Part shown: one piece after another, positions 1-11,373 of the stretch
How positions within the stretch are numbered: position 1 is the first letter of the stretch
Layout of the letters: each line of letters starts with the position of its first letter
Assembly: GCA_976551045.1 (NCBI GenBank)
Contig: CDPCPM010000077.1
Coordinates: 1,674,001-1,738,000, forward strand
DNA: 64,000 nucleotides
Origin: Glaucostegus cemiculus
Lineage: Eukaryota
Direction: 5' to 3'
Program-made: the position numbers and the translations under genes
The notes under the pieces: generated by a model
Told to the model about the DNA's origin: nothing
The model's input: the letters and a program-made list of their open reading frames with translations, nothing else
Databases searched by the model: none

Positions 1-95
1 ACGTTTATACGTTCTCCCGTGTCTGCGTGGGTTTCCTCCGGGTGCTCCGGTTTCCTCCCACATTCTAAAAGACGTACGGGTAGGTTAATTTGGGG
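1..95 (+). mobile_element. V-SINE (HE1-like) fragment cut by the window start
   Basis: V-domain core gttctcccgtgtctgcgtgggtttcctccgggtgctccggtttcctcccaca, shared with many copies in the window. Confidence 0.8.
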
Positions 96-119
96 GTTTA
101 AAATTGGCGGCGTGGACTA

Positions 120-1380
120 ATCCCTTTCCTTATTGCCTACTTGGTGGTTCTTTGTTGCTTTTTATAAGTTTTTCCAGTCTTCCAGTTTCCCACTATTCTT
201 GGCGACTTTGTATGCGTGAGCTTTCAGCTTGATTCCTCCTTTTATTTCCTTAGCTATCCAAGGCTAGCTCTCCCACCCTTACTGTCCTTGCTTTTAACTA
301 GAGTATACTTTTGTTGAGCACCGTGAAAAGTCTCTTTGAAAGTCTTCTACTGTCCCGTCTTATAGCCTGTTTATCCAGTCTACACTAGCCAGCTCCTCCC
401 TTATCCCATAGTAGTCTTCCTTGTTTAGGCATAATACACTGGTTTTAGATTGAACTATTGTACCCTCCATTTGTATGAGAAATTCAATCATACTATGATC
501 ACTCTTTCTGAGGGGATCCCTAAAAACAAGGTTGTTAATTTTACCTGTCTCATTGCACAGGACCAGATCTAAGATAACATTTTCCCTTGTAGGTTCACTA
601 ACATGCTGTTCAAGAAAGCTGTTACGGGTGCATTCTATGAAGTCCTCCTCAAGACTGCCTCGACCAACTTGATTCACCCAATCGATGTAGAAGTTAAAGT
701 CCCCCATGGCAACTGCCGTTCCATTCTTACATGCATCAAATAATTCTTGGTTTACTGCCTGTGCCACTGTACTGTTATTATTCAGTGGCCTATAGATAAC
801 TCCCACCAGTGATTTTTTTTTTCCTTTTACTGTTCCTAATTTCTACCCAGATGGACTCAACATTCTGCTCCCTAGATCTTGTATTGTTTCTCACTGTCGC
901 CCTGATCTCATTCTTAATTAAGATTGCTACCCCACCTCCCTTACCTTCTTGCCTATCCTTCTGTGATCTTATTACCTGATACCCTTGCATATTTAATTCC
1001 TACTCATCTCCACCCTGCAACCATGTTTCTGTAATGGCCACTAACTCATACCCCTTTGTACTAATTTGTGCCCCAAGTTCACTCATCTTGTTTTGAATAC
1101 TATGGGCATTCAGATAAAGTGCTCTTACACTCATTGTCCTTTTAGAATCTAGTAACCTTTGTGTCCTTTGCGTTGGACTCCTCTGCACTCCACTCTTACT
1201 TTTCTCTTTTCTAACTTCTGCTCTGGTCTCTGCTTTGCTTCCCTCTGTCTTTCTGCATGGATTCCCATCCACCTGCCATATTAGTTTGAACCCTCCCCAA
1301 CAGCACAAGCAAACAATCCCCATTGATCCCAGTCCTGCCCAGGTGTAGACCATCCAGTTTGTACCGGTTGGCAGACGTGG
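120..1380 (-). mobile_element. CR1 LINE fragment: end of ORF1 (SGNH esterase) and AP-endonuclease region of ORF2, frameshifted
   Basis: Minus-strand ORFs give RYKLDGLHL (esterase DxxH), LYLNAHSI..ELVAITETWL, GKGGGVAILIK, ESIWVEI, GVIYRP, MGDFNF, LDLVLCNE and SDH. Confidence 0.9.
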
Positions 1381-1711
1381 GCTGAGACAGAGGCACAGTG
1401 ATAGAGACTGGGGCAAAGTCTCCCCCCGAGGCTCATGATTGAGGGAGGAGTTTGGTGTTGTCTTAGTTAGAAGTTTCCATTCTTTGACTCCTCACTTAGT
1501 TCAGGTACATGTTGTCCAGCTGCCATAATCAACGCGACAGTATTTCTTTCTCTTAAGCGATCTCTCAACACATTTCTAGAGTGGGGGATACAGCTCCCTA
1601 TCCCTATCCAGGCAACCATTGCGTTTCCATTGCATCTGTCCGTCTACTTGCCCTGCAGATTTTCTAGCCTATTATTCAGATGTCCCTCTGAGAAAAGCAG
1701 CACAGCCCCAT

Positions 1712-1905
1712 GGAGATGCAGGAGAGTGCAGATGCTGGGATCTGGGGCAACACACAAGAAGCTGGAGAAACTCAGCGGGTCAGGCAACACTTGTGCGGGA
1801 AATGGATAGTCAACATTCCGGGTCCAGACCCTTCATCTGGCTGAAGTATCTCAACCTGAAACGTCGATTGTCCATTTCCCTCCACAGATGCTGCCTGACT
1901 CACTG
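1712..1905. mobile_element. Fold-back (palindromic) Penelope pLTR-derived mini-element with degenerate hammerhead at the apex
   Basis: Arm ~1771-1836 is the imperfect reverse complement of ~1841-1907. Flanked by direct repeat agcacagc(c/t)ccat at 1699-1711 and 1906-1918. Confidence 0.75.
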
Positions 1906-2569
1906 AGCACAGCTCCATTACCTGGCTGAGAAGTGTTTTAATCCTTTGGGTACTGAGTAACAAATGAAAGCATCGCACAGCAATCCAGTGAGCTGCAGAT
2001 AACAACACAGGCATCGTAATTTCTTTTTCTGTCATTGCTCACTCCATGCTATCCTCTAATTATGAATGTGCAGAGATAAAGCATTTAGCAGGACTTCAAA
2101 CAGCATTAACAAAGCACATTTAAATAAGTGATATTATCCACGATAATTTAGAAAGGGTTGGGACTGAGGTTTGACTTCATCCATATGTAGGTTTGTTTCA
2201 GACTCGGATTGAGTGCTGTTTCCTTTAATACTAGCTTGTGTGCGCCAAATGCAAGCTATAAATCCATCAGTTGACGTATTGGCAGATATAATTGAGAGAA
2301 TGTTATTGTGTATAGCAAAGCACCCTTCCCATTGTCTCTAATTACTGTTATGTGTTAGAGGAACATTCACCCAACCTCGCCTGTTTGTAGTGATGGCGCT
2401 TTGGAAATGTATTGACATCAAGATATCCCTCGGTCATTTGGTAGAACCAACCATTGAACACCGGTGGAATAACAACCAGGTCCCAAGCTGACAGAGCACA
2501 ATCCAGTCAGAAGCTCCTGTCGTCCACATGAAGATGAGGAATCCTTGTAGATACGCAATATATAAATGA

Positions 2570-3020
2570 AAACAAGAAAATAAGAGCAGAAGTAGACCAT
2601 TGTGCCTGCCCCGTCACTCAATATGATCAACATTGGCCTCTGTCCTCTTCTGTACCAGATCCCATAGCCCTCAATTCCCTGATCTTCCAAACATTCCCAC
2701 CTCCATCTTTTCTAATGATCTAGTCACCACAGTCCACTTCCAGAGAATTCCAGAGGTTAACCACCCTCTGCAAAAAGAAATTCCGAATCAGTCAGCTTTA
2801 AATGACTGGCTCTTGTTTTGTATCTTAGTCTCCTCGTTTGAACTCTCCCACTTGTGAAAACATCTCAATGCCTACCCTATTGTACCCCCTCAGAATCTTA
2901 TATGTCTCAATAAGGTCTCCTCTCAATTCTTGAAAACACCAAAGAATACAGATCCAAACTTTTTAGCCTCTCTTGATAGAACAACACTATTATTGCAGGA
3001 ATTAGCCTCATGACTCTTGG
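2570..3020 (-). mobile_element. Decayed CR1 3' end
   Basis: Reverse complement resembles the 3' portion and tail of the CR1 copies at 42912-45420 and 60935-62235. Confidence 0.7.
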
Positions 3021-3364
3021 CAGGTGAGGTCATGTCTGGGTGAGAGAAAAAGGGTTTGTGAGCTGGAGCTCATCGACTAATAGCAGCTGTAACAAAACTG
3101 TGTGTGTTTAGCCATTTGGTCAGGAGCGGTAAATCATAAATGTCCAGGACATATTGAGCATTTCAGTGGACCAGGCGTTATCAGGTTGCTCCGCTGCAGG
3201 AGTCTACATTGAGTCTGGCCACAGAGCCATAGCATTCCCCTAGGGAATTGCATCCCAGATTCTGAGTCATGTCTGACTCAAGCACAAGGTTCGAGACCCA
3301 TTCATTACAATGGGATTTGAAGAACTGCAGATTTAGAAACAAAGGAAAGTAAGTTGTTCTTTGG

Positions 3365-3560
3365 ACTTGTTTGACCTTGCACCTTATTGTCTACCTGCAA
3401 CGCACTTCCCTGTAGCTGTGACACTTTACTCTGTATTTTGTTATTGTTTTTACCCTGTACTACCTCAATGCACTGTGTAATGAATTGCTCTGTACAAACA
3501 GTATGCAAGTTTTTCATTGTACCTCACTGTACAAGTGACAATAATAAACCAATACCAAAT
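3365..3560 (+). mobile_element. Rex1/Babar LINE 3' UTR fragment
   Basis: Same sequence as the 3' UTRs attached to Rex1 RT remnants at 20013 and 49778; ends ...tgtacaagtgacaataataaaccaatacc. Confidence 0.8.
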
Positions 3561-3774
3561 ATTTTTCTTTCATTTAATATTTTAAATAATTTACTTTTAG
3601 TTAATATCTCATGTTTTTAAAACATTGATCCTTTTTAATTATTTACTTAAATTTTATGATTTAATGTCTCTAAATGGCAGAGACATTTAAAATCTGTTAG
3701 AAGTCACGTGGCTTTAATGGCTAGTCAGGCTGGGGTGGGGCCTCCTCACTGTGCCCCCAGAGATCTGGTATCTG

Positions 3775-4640
3775 GCAGTATGGTGGTGAGTGAAGATGGT
3801 TGTCTAAGGTTACAACAGCATCTAGATCGACTGGGAAAGTGGCAAAGGAATGGCAGGTGGAACTTAATTCTGACAAGTGTGAAGTGATGGATTTTGGGAG
3901 GTAAACTAAGGCAGGATATAACAGTGAATGGCAAGGCCCAAGGGAGTGTTGTAGAACAGAGAGACCTTGGGGTACAAGTGCATTGTTCCCTGAAAGTAGT
4001 GACACTGGTAGACAAGGTGGTGAAGATGGCATATGGTATGCTTGCCTTCATCAGAAGGTGCACTGAATGTAAGACCTGGGACATCATGTTACAGCTGTAC
4101 CAGATGTTGATGAGACCGCACCTGGCATATTATGTATAGTTCCAGTCACCATACTATGGGAAGGATGTTATTAAGCTCAAGAAGGTGAGAAAAGATTCAC
4201 AACGATGTTGCCAGAACAGGAGGGCTTGAGTTATAAGAAGAGAGTGGATAGGCTGCGACCATTGTCCCTGGAGTGAAGGAGGCTGAGGGTGACTTGAGGT
4301 TTATAAAATCATGATGGGCATAGATAGGGTGGATGGTCACATTCGTCTTCCCAGGGTAGGGAGTCTAAAACTAGAGGGTTTAGGTTTAAGATGAGAGAGG
4401 AAAGATTTAAGGGGGGATTTAAGGGGGATTTTATGCAGGGTGGTGGGTATATTGAATGAGCTGCCAGAGGAAGTGATTGAGGGTTACAAGTACATTTGGA
4501 CTGGTGCATGAATAGGGAAGGTTTAGAGGGATATAGGCCAAATGCAGGCAAATGCGACAAACTCAAGAAGGCACATGGGTCAGTATGGATGAGTTGGGCC
4601 AAAGGGTCTGTTTCCATGCTGTATAACTCTGTGACCATGA
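3775..4640 (+). mobile_element. 5'-truncated CR1 (RT C-terminus and tail)
   Basis: ORF 3894-4139 EQRDLGVQVH.SLKV..VDKVVKMAYGMLAFI..LYQMLMRPHL; tail gggccaaagggtctgtttccatgctgtataactctgtga. Confidence 0.9.
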
Positions 4641-4824
4641 CTCTTAGCTGCAACAGGTGGGAATACAGGGCAAACAGAGTGGTTAGTACCTCTCCAGTTT
4701 TTTTCTCTCTGCTTTCCCTTTTCTTGATGGACATGAAGGTTTAAAATCAGTGCTCTTTTGTTCTGCTGACAATTATGGAAAAATAATTGGAAAATGCATT
4801 CTTGTCCACTGGAGATAATATAAT

Positions 4825-5120
4825 ATGAACATAAAACAGGAGCGGGAGTAGATTACTTGGCCCCTTAATATGAGCATGGCCAATCTGCCTCAGGCCTCAT
4901 CTCTTCTGTGCCAGCTCTCCACAGCCCTCGATTACCTGATCCTTCAAAAATATGCCTACTTCCACTTTAAATGCCCCAACTGATCCAGCTTCCACAACCC
5001 TCCAGGGTAGAGAATTCCAGAGATTCATCACCTCCATGACATAAGAAGCTCCTACACATCTCAGTTTTAATCCTAATCTTATAAATCTTGAATCTGCAAG
5101 ATTCTCCCACTTGTGGAAAC
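4825..5120 (-). mobile_element. Decayed CR1 3' end
   Basis: ccacaaccctccagggtagagaattccagagattcatcacc is the reverse complement of the CR1 RVVNLWNSLP region. Confidence 0.7.
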
Positions 5121-5308
5121 ATTATGTGAATCCCCTTTTCCCACAGAAGTGGTGTATTAGCTGAGGGATTACTTCCAGATTGCTTGTAGTGATTCCACTT
5201 GCCCACAGGACATGCATGTCATTGGGCTAACAAAAGTAGAAATGGCAAGAAGTATCAACGCACGACGGGTGGGGGGAAATAAACAAAATTATCTTATTTG
5301 TGTCATAT

Positions 5309-6128
5309 TTAGTCTGTTAAAAGCTTTCATCACACACTGCTGTGAAAGTTCATGATTCATGGCCTCCAACACACTGAAGCCATGTATTGAAAAGTCTGTA
5401 TGTACAGTTGCTCTGGGAGATCAGGAGATATTTCTTGCCCATCAGTTGCTGCCACTTTGTCCAAAGAAAATGAAGATTTTTTCAAAGAAATAATTAAGAT
5501 AAAACATGAGCTAGTCTATAAGTGCTATTGTTATAGCTATGCTTTGTAGAAACCAATAACTAATGGGTCTTTCAAATTGTTAATATTAACTGAAATATAT
5601 CTGATTTTGCCACATATTAATGAAGTCTGAAATGGCACCCCTTGTCTGAACTACAAACAAAAAAACGAAAATTCCAAACACTCATTATAATTAAACCTGC
5701 TTATACAGTTTGCACAGCTATCACAAACCGATTTGTAATGTTGAAAACCTGCCTCTGATATTTTGGTCGTCCTTCACGTAACAAAATGCACCTCTTCTGA
5801 AGCAGGGCAGATAGCCCAAAGAAACCGTTTGCCTGAAGTCAGCAGACTGCTGACATTTATCAGTCTTTTAATGCAGTTTATTATCCCTTATCATAGCTCT
5901 GACTTCACTTAACTATGTCCTTGCTGATAAATGCAGCACCATGTTTATGTCAGTCTTAGTCTGTTAAAAGCTTTTATCACATACGGCTGTGGAAGTGCAT
6001 GATTCTTGGGCACTGTCATGCTGTAACCCTGTATTGAATGTCTGTATGTAAGCACAACTGCTCTGTTGTAAACGTTCATATCGGAAGATGTCTCTTGCTC
6101 ATCAGTCACCACTACATTGCCCATAGAA
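5309..6128 (+). repeat. Diverged ~160-bp direct duplication (5309-5468 and 5956-6128)
   Basis: Both copies begin ttagtctgttaaaagcttt.atcaca.ac.gctgtg.aagt.catgattc and share tgtattgaa..gtctgtatgta and tcttgc.catcagt. Confidence 0.8.
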
Positions 6129-7471
6129 GGTGGCAACATGTTAAACCTAAGCACTGTGAATTAGGCTAAAGGCCAACGTTGAGTAACAAGTAAAACATAT
6201 CGAAAGTAGTATCAGGTGTCCACTCTGCAAGTTTTCTTACACCCTCGTGACGTTGACTCTTCCCCGAAGGATCAACGGGATTTAGGAGGCATGGCAGCGA
6301 GCTGTAGCCAGAAGCATTGGTTTCGAAATAGGAGCTGGAGCTCTGAATCAGAACTGAGGGGTTCAGTGTTGCATAATCCTCGAGGCTCAAGTTCCTTCTG
6401 ACTCAGTAGTATGTTTGGCAAGGAGTTCACAGAGGGATGCGTACAGTTGGAGATTAGCTGAGAATGCATGTTAGCCGGCAAGGCAGTCTCATCAATCAAA
6501 AGCTGAGTGTTGGGAATTAGTTGTCAGAAAGAATGGAACAGATTGTATCTCAGAGGTCTGGCATCCTCCTCTGGATCATGGATCCCAAGTGTCCTGTGTC
6601 AACCCCCTGAGAAATCCACTAGAAAGTCTCCATGGTGCATTTGTGTCTTCTGTGGTCATTCTGCCATAGTCTCTTGCTGATCTCTGTCTGTTGATATTTT
6701 CTCCTGACCATTGTATGTCCTCGCCCTGAATGAGCTGCTATTCTTAGTCCAAAACCTTCGGCAGCCTGCAGGTTGCTGAACTGGAGCTTAGAAATTGGAT
6801 CTATTAGCACACGTTTTTATGTACACATGACGTCTGAACGTGATTATTTACGTGTGAAATCATGCCCATGGGTAACTGTGCCTGACATTAGTGACCTCAC
6901 TTCATGTTAGAGTCCCAAAGTACTTGAATGAATGAATCTCTGACGCATTTACAGAATTAGTTCATTCCAACTTTTTTAGTGTTCTGCAACTCACTCTGAC
7001 ATATCCTGTGAAGACAGAAAACTTGTGTCTACGAGGCATGAATGAGTGGAGATTCTCATCCATGGAGCCACTTCCTGCCAGGGTCTTCCTGTGGTGGCCT
7101 GCCAACCACACCCCACCCCAAGACCTCCCTCTTTTCTTATCGCAACAATGACAAATGCAGGGTCTCTTTCACTGAATCTAAGGCCTTTCTCTCCTCCTCC
7201 ATCATCCCAGCTCACCTCCATGGCAGTTATAATGTGTGTTACCAGTGTCTGGCTATCATGGGGAGTGTGCCTTTAAGGGCTGCTGCCCCTCTCTGATTGG
7301 TACATAGTAAATTTTGGGAGGTATGCTCAGTTGGATCTGGTCCTGTTTTAGTGCATGATTCTGTGTATAAGCCACCCTAACACTGATTACATGATTATTT
7401 GTATGGGCTACTTTGGTGCCATAGGAAATATATATGTAGCACACAATAAATGGGTGAGATTTATTTTCTTT

Positions 7472-7747
7472 ACATCCAGTACGTTGGATTCCACACCAAC
7501 TATCAAGTACCCATTTTACTCTCATCCCATTTTATTCTTCCTACATTCCCCTCAATCTCCCCAAGATTCTACCGCTCACCTACACTAGGGGCAGCGGCCA
7601 ATTAACCTGCACGCCTTTGAGATGTGGGAGGAGACCCATGTGGTCACGGAGAAAACATGCAAACTCCACACAGCACCAAAGATCAGGATTGAACATGGGT
7701 CGCTGGAGCTGCAAGGCAATGGATCTACTAGCTGCACCACTGTACCC
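7472..7747 (-). mobile_element. V-SINE with CR1-type tail, decayed
   Basis: Reverse-complement tRNA-like head (gattgaacatgggtcgctggagctg...ctactagctgcaccactg) plus part of the V core. Confidence 0.75.
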
Positions 7748-7799
7748 TTCTAAGCTGGACGACATTAGCACATGGGTATAGTCTTTCTTGTTCACAGTG

Positions 7800-8158
7800 T
7801 ATTCAGGGTATGGATGTCACTAGTAAGAACAGTGTTTACTATTTACTGCCTTAATTATTCCTTGAAGAGTAATTCATGGTCCCTCCTGAGAGCAGTTAAA
7901 AACTGATAACATTGGTGGGACTGGGATCACAAATAAGGCAGACAGGATAAAGATGACAGATTTCCTTCCTTGATGATCATTAGTCATCTGGATGGGTTTT
8001 TGTAGTTAGCATTACAAATAACAACAGCTTTTCATTCCAAATGCATTTAATTACTTGAATTTAAACTCTGTAGCTGCCATGGTGGGATTCAAATTCATGT
8101 CTCCAGATCAATATTCCAGGTCTCTGGTTACTAATCCAGTATTTAACCACTGTGCTAA
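7800..8158 (-). mobile_element. tRNA-derived SINE of a second, non-V family, decayed
   Basis: On the minus strand: A-box-like tagcacagtgg and B-box-like region (reverse complement of ggtgggattcaaattc), body cagatttccttcc..cattagt..ggatgggttttt. The tail resembles the LINE 3' end seen at 10140-10520 and 30075-30180. Confidence 0.55.
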
Positions 8159-8529
8159 AATATTCCCTACTTGATCCTAGGAAGAACTATAACTTTATCC
8201 AGTCTGTAATAAATATCCATCTTAATAAAAATGCATTGTAAACACACAACTATCATCCATTGTAATAATATGATGGTAAAAGAAAATGTCCACATTCTTC
8301 CTTTTATATACACTTTTATTTCCATTAAGCTTAAATTAGAATATTAAGGGAGAAATTTCCTGGTGTTGTGCCTGTGGAGGTTAGTTTCCCTGTGCATTGA
8401 GAATATTGGAATACCAGACTGAGTTCAAGGCAAATCTTAAAAAGTTGCTCAGTTTCTTTCTGCAGTGAAGAACTCCAGCTATGACCACACAGTTCTCTGG
8501 TATTCAGGCTGATCAGGTGGACCCAAGGG

Positions 8530-8838
8530 TGACAGTGACCGAGCATATACGGCTGTTGCCTCACACCTCCAACCAGGGGCCTCAGTCTTGACCTTAAGTG
8601 CTGTTGGTGTGGAGGTTGCGTGTTTTATTTGACTGTGTGTGTTTCCTCGCACATCCCATTGATGTGCAGGTTAGTAGATTAATCGGCCACTGTAAACTGC
8701 CACAATGTAGGTGGGTCGTAGACTCTGGGGGAGTAGATGAGAATGTGGGGAGAATTTTAAAATAAGTGGAATTCCTATATATGGTTGGTTGCTGGTTGGT
8801 GTGGGTTGAGGGGCTATTTGATGCTATTGATTCTATCA
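8530..8838 (+). mobile_element. Old V-SINE
   Basis: Degenerate head and V core (gtgtggaggttgcgtg..gtttcctcgcacatccc..gtgcaggttagtagattaat). Confidence 0.65.
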
Positions 8839-9094
8839 TCTTCCTTATTGTGACTCCTTTTGAATGCATGATTTTTAGGAAATAGTTCAAAGCCATAATG
8901 TGTAGGCAGCAATAATTTCCCGAGTTCATCTCAGGAATGAGAGGTCTACAGCTATAACTAAAGAAATCCCTGATTAATTCACACCTGGAATATCAAGAAC
9001 AGTTCTGCTCACTGTGCCCTTAGTTACAATACATTGGCCTTGTAGTGGGTGGGCAGATTTATCAGAATGATACTGGACCCCAGGTGAAAGGTTC

Positions 9095-9525
9095 GAGTGA
9101 CACAGCCAGGAGAACTGCTACCTCATGGCACCAGAGACCTGGGTTCAGTTCTGATCTTGGGTGCTGTCTGTGTGGAATTTGCATGTTCTCCCTGTGACTG
9201 TGTGGGTTTCCTCCAGGTGCTCCTGTTTCTTCCCACATCACAACAGTGTGGGGTTGGTAGGTTAACCGGCAACTGTAATTACCCCCTAGTGTGTGGGTGA
9301 CTGCTCCCATAATATCCCCCAACCACCCTTACCTTGGGACCTGGACCTATAATTTCCTTGTTCTCCTTTGCATGATCTACATGATTGCATGTTAGAATAT
9401 GGACAGAGTTAATGTGGGGAAAATAATTGGGATTAATGTAGGATTGGTTCAGATGGATGGTTGATGGTTGGCATGGAATCAGTCGGTCAAATGGCCTGTT
9501 TCTGTGCCATATCTCTCTATGACTT
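9095..9525 (+). mobile_element. V-SINE with CR1-type tail, interrupted by a ~95-bp insertion
   Basis: Head gacctgggttcagttc, V core, tail aatggcctgtttctgtgccatatctctctatgact; extra segment at ~9298-9395. Confidence 0.8.
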
Positions 9526-9559
9526 TATTACAAAATTAGTATTATGTGGAATTTAGAGA

Positions 9560-9900
9560 TGTTTTGATTGAAATTTCCAGGATTTTCTGGAGAACTGATA
9601 GGGTAAATAGAGAAATACTGTTTCCACTGGTTGGAGAATTTGGGACCAGGACAGACAGCCAAGAAATTAGAGTCCCTTCTATCTGCAGAACATGATAGAA
9701 ATTTGGAATTCTTTTCTGTAATAGCAATCAATACTTGATCAATTGTTTATTTTAAATTTGAGAGACTGGCTGATTTTTGTTGCATAAAAGCATTAAGGGT
9801 ATGAGATGTCAGGTACATGGAGTTAGGTCAAACACCAGCCATTGTTTTATTGAATAGATGAACAGGCTCAAGGGTTTAGATGAACTACCTCTGTCCATAT
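9560..9900 (+). mobile_element. Old CR1 3' end
   Basis: gatagggtaaatagagaaatactgtttccactggttggaga..tttggaattc..tail gctcaagggtttagatgaactacc. Confidence 0.6.
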
Positions 9901-9939
9901 ATTATGAGGAGAGAACTCAGAAATCTGTTTCTTTTCTCC

Positions 9940-10520
9940 CCACACTCACACTCTCCACCAGCAAGAAGGGCAAGGACAACAAGAGCATGGCCACACCACC
10001 ACCCGGGCACTGCCTCCAATTTGAGCACCATCCCGGCCTGGAAATGTATTGCTGTTTTTCCATCATTCCTGGATGAACCTCCTGAAACTCCTTCCCCAGG
10101 AGTATTCTTGGAGAGCCTCACCAGAAGACTGCAGAGGTTCAAGAAGGCAACTCACCAGTACATTCTCCAGGGCAATAAAGGATCAAGTTCAAATTTATTG
10201 TCATGGACATGCATACCCAGGGTATAAATGCCATGAAAATCAGCTTTTTTCAGCTGCAGCACAGTACATAACAAACACGGCAACGTAAATTACATAAGTT
10301 TTAATTAACATAAATTATGCAACAGGATAAACAAAACAAACACAACAACATTAGTGCAAGTTGAGGGAAGTATAGTCTGAGGTAGAATTAGGGTTTTTCA
10401 AGTTGGTTCAAGAACCTGATAATAATGGGGAAGAAGCTGTTGTTGAACCTTGAGCTGTGGACCTTCAGGGGATGGACAATAATCGGTGTTTTTGCCAGCA
10501 GTGCCCACATTACAACAATG
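9940..10520 (+). mobile_element. LINE 3' end (CR1/L2-group family) split by a short antisense Rex1 fragment at ~10184-10466
   Basis: ...gcagaggttcaagaaggcaactcaccagtacattctccagggcaataaaggat resumes as ggatggacaataa..tgccagcagtgcccacat after the insert. The insert reads HSSRFNNSFFP..IRFLN on the minus strand. Confidence 0.65.
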
Positions 10521-11014
10521 AATATTAAGAACAAATATCTGATATTGGTGTCCAAAACTGAGGCTTCAGGATAAAGTGGAAATTTGCTGGTGTGATGGAA
10601 ACTGGAGTTGATGGCCTTGGATTGGGTCATGACTATTGTTTTGCAGTTCAATTTCATAAGAAAGCAGATCAATTAAAAAGGCAGATCATGACCAACTGTG
10701 ATTTCCACAATGTCCATGTTTTTCCTGAGTCCTGCATGTACCTGATACACAGAGGAACCTAGATCATGCTGTGTGAAGTGTGTGGCTGGATGCTGCTTCT
10801 GTCAGTTTGGGCAGATGTGCCTGCCCTGTAGTTGGCACTGGAAGCTTAGCTTAAGCAATTACTCTTCGGGTAAAAATCTTTCATTAAAAACCATCCATTG
10901 CTTGAATCTCCATTACCACACCTCACAACAACCCCCTTGTCCACATCTCCATCCAACTCAGTGATCTACCACCTGAAGAGAAGCTGATTGTGATTTCCTT
11001 CCAGCCTACTGAAG

Positions 11015-11180
11015 TAGATGCAATAGAGGTATATAAGAGATTTTAGATAGATGGGAATATGCAGGGAATGGAGGGATATGGATCATGTGCAGACAGAAGA
11101 GATTAGTTTAATTTGGCATCGTGTTCAGCACAGACAGAGCGGGCTGCAGGGCCTGTTCCTCTGCTGTACTACTCTGTTCT
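11015..11180 (+). mobile_element. CR1 tail fragment
   Basis: ggatatggatcatgtgcag.cagaagagattagtttaatttggcat..gggcctgttcc; near-identical to 51975-52080. Confidence 0.75.
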
Positions 11181-11373
11181 TTCTGATTCTTCCTGACTGT
11201 TCCCATGATACTCCCCACCTGGACTCATAATTTGCTTGTCCTCCTTCACGTGATCTACCATTGCAGAATGTATGAAGGAAAGGCCCTTGAGGATATGAGG
11301 CCTATTCTGTAGTCCACAGTGTCTTGTCTTTTACACTGTGGACTTTTGCCAAGGCAAGCCATTGAATAACGTT

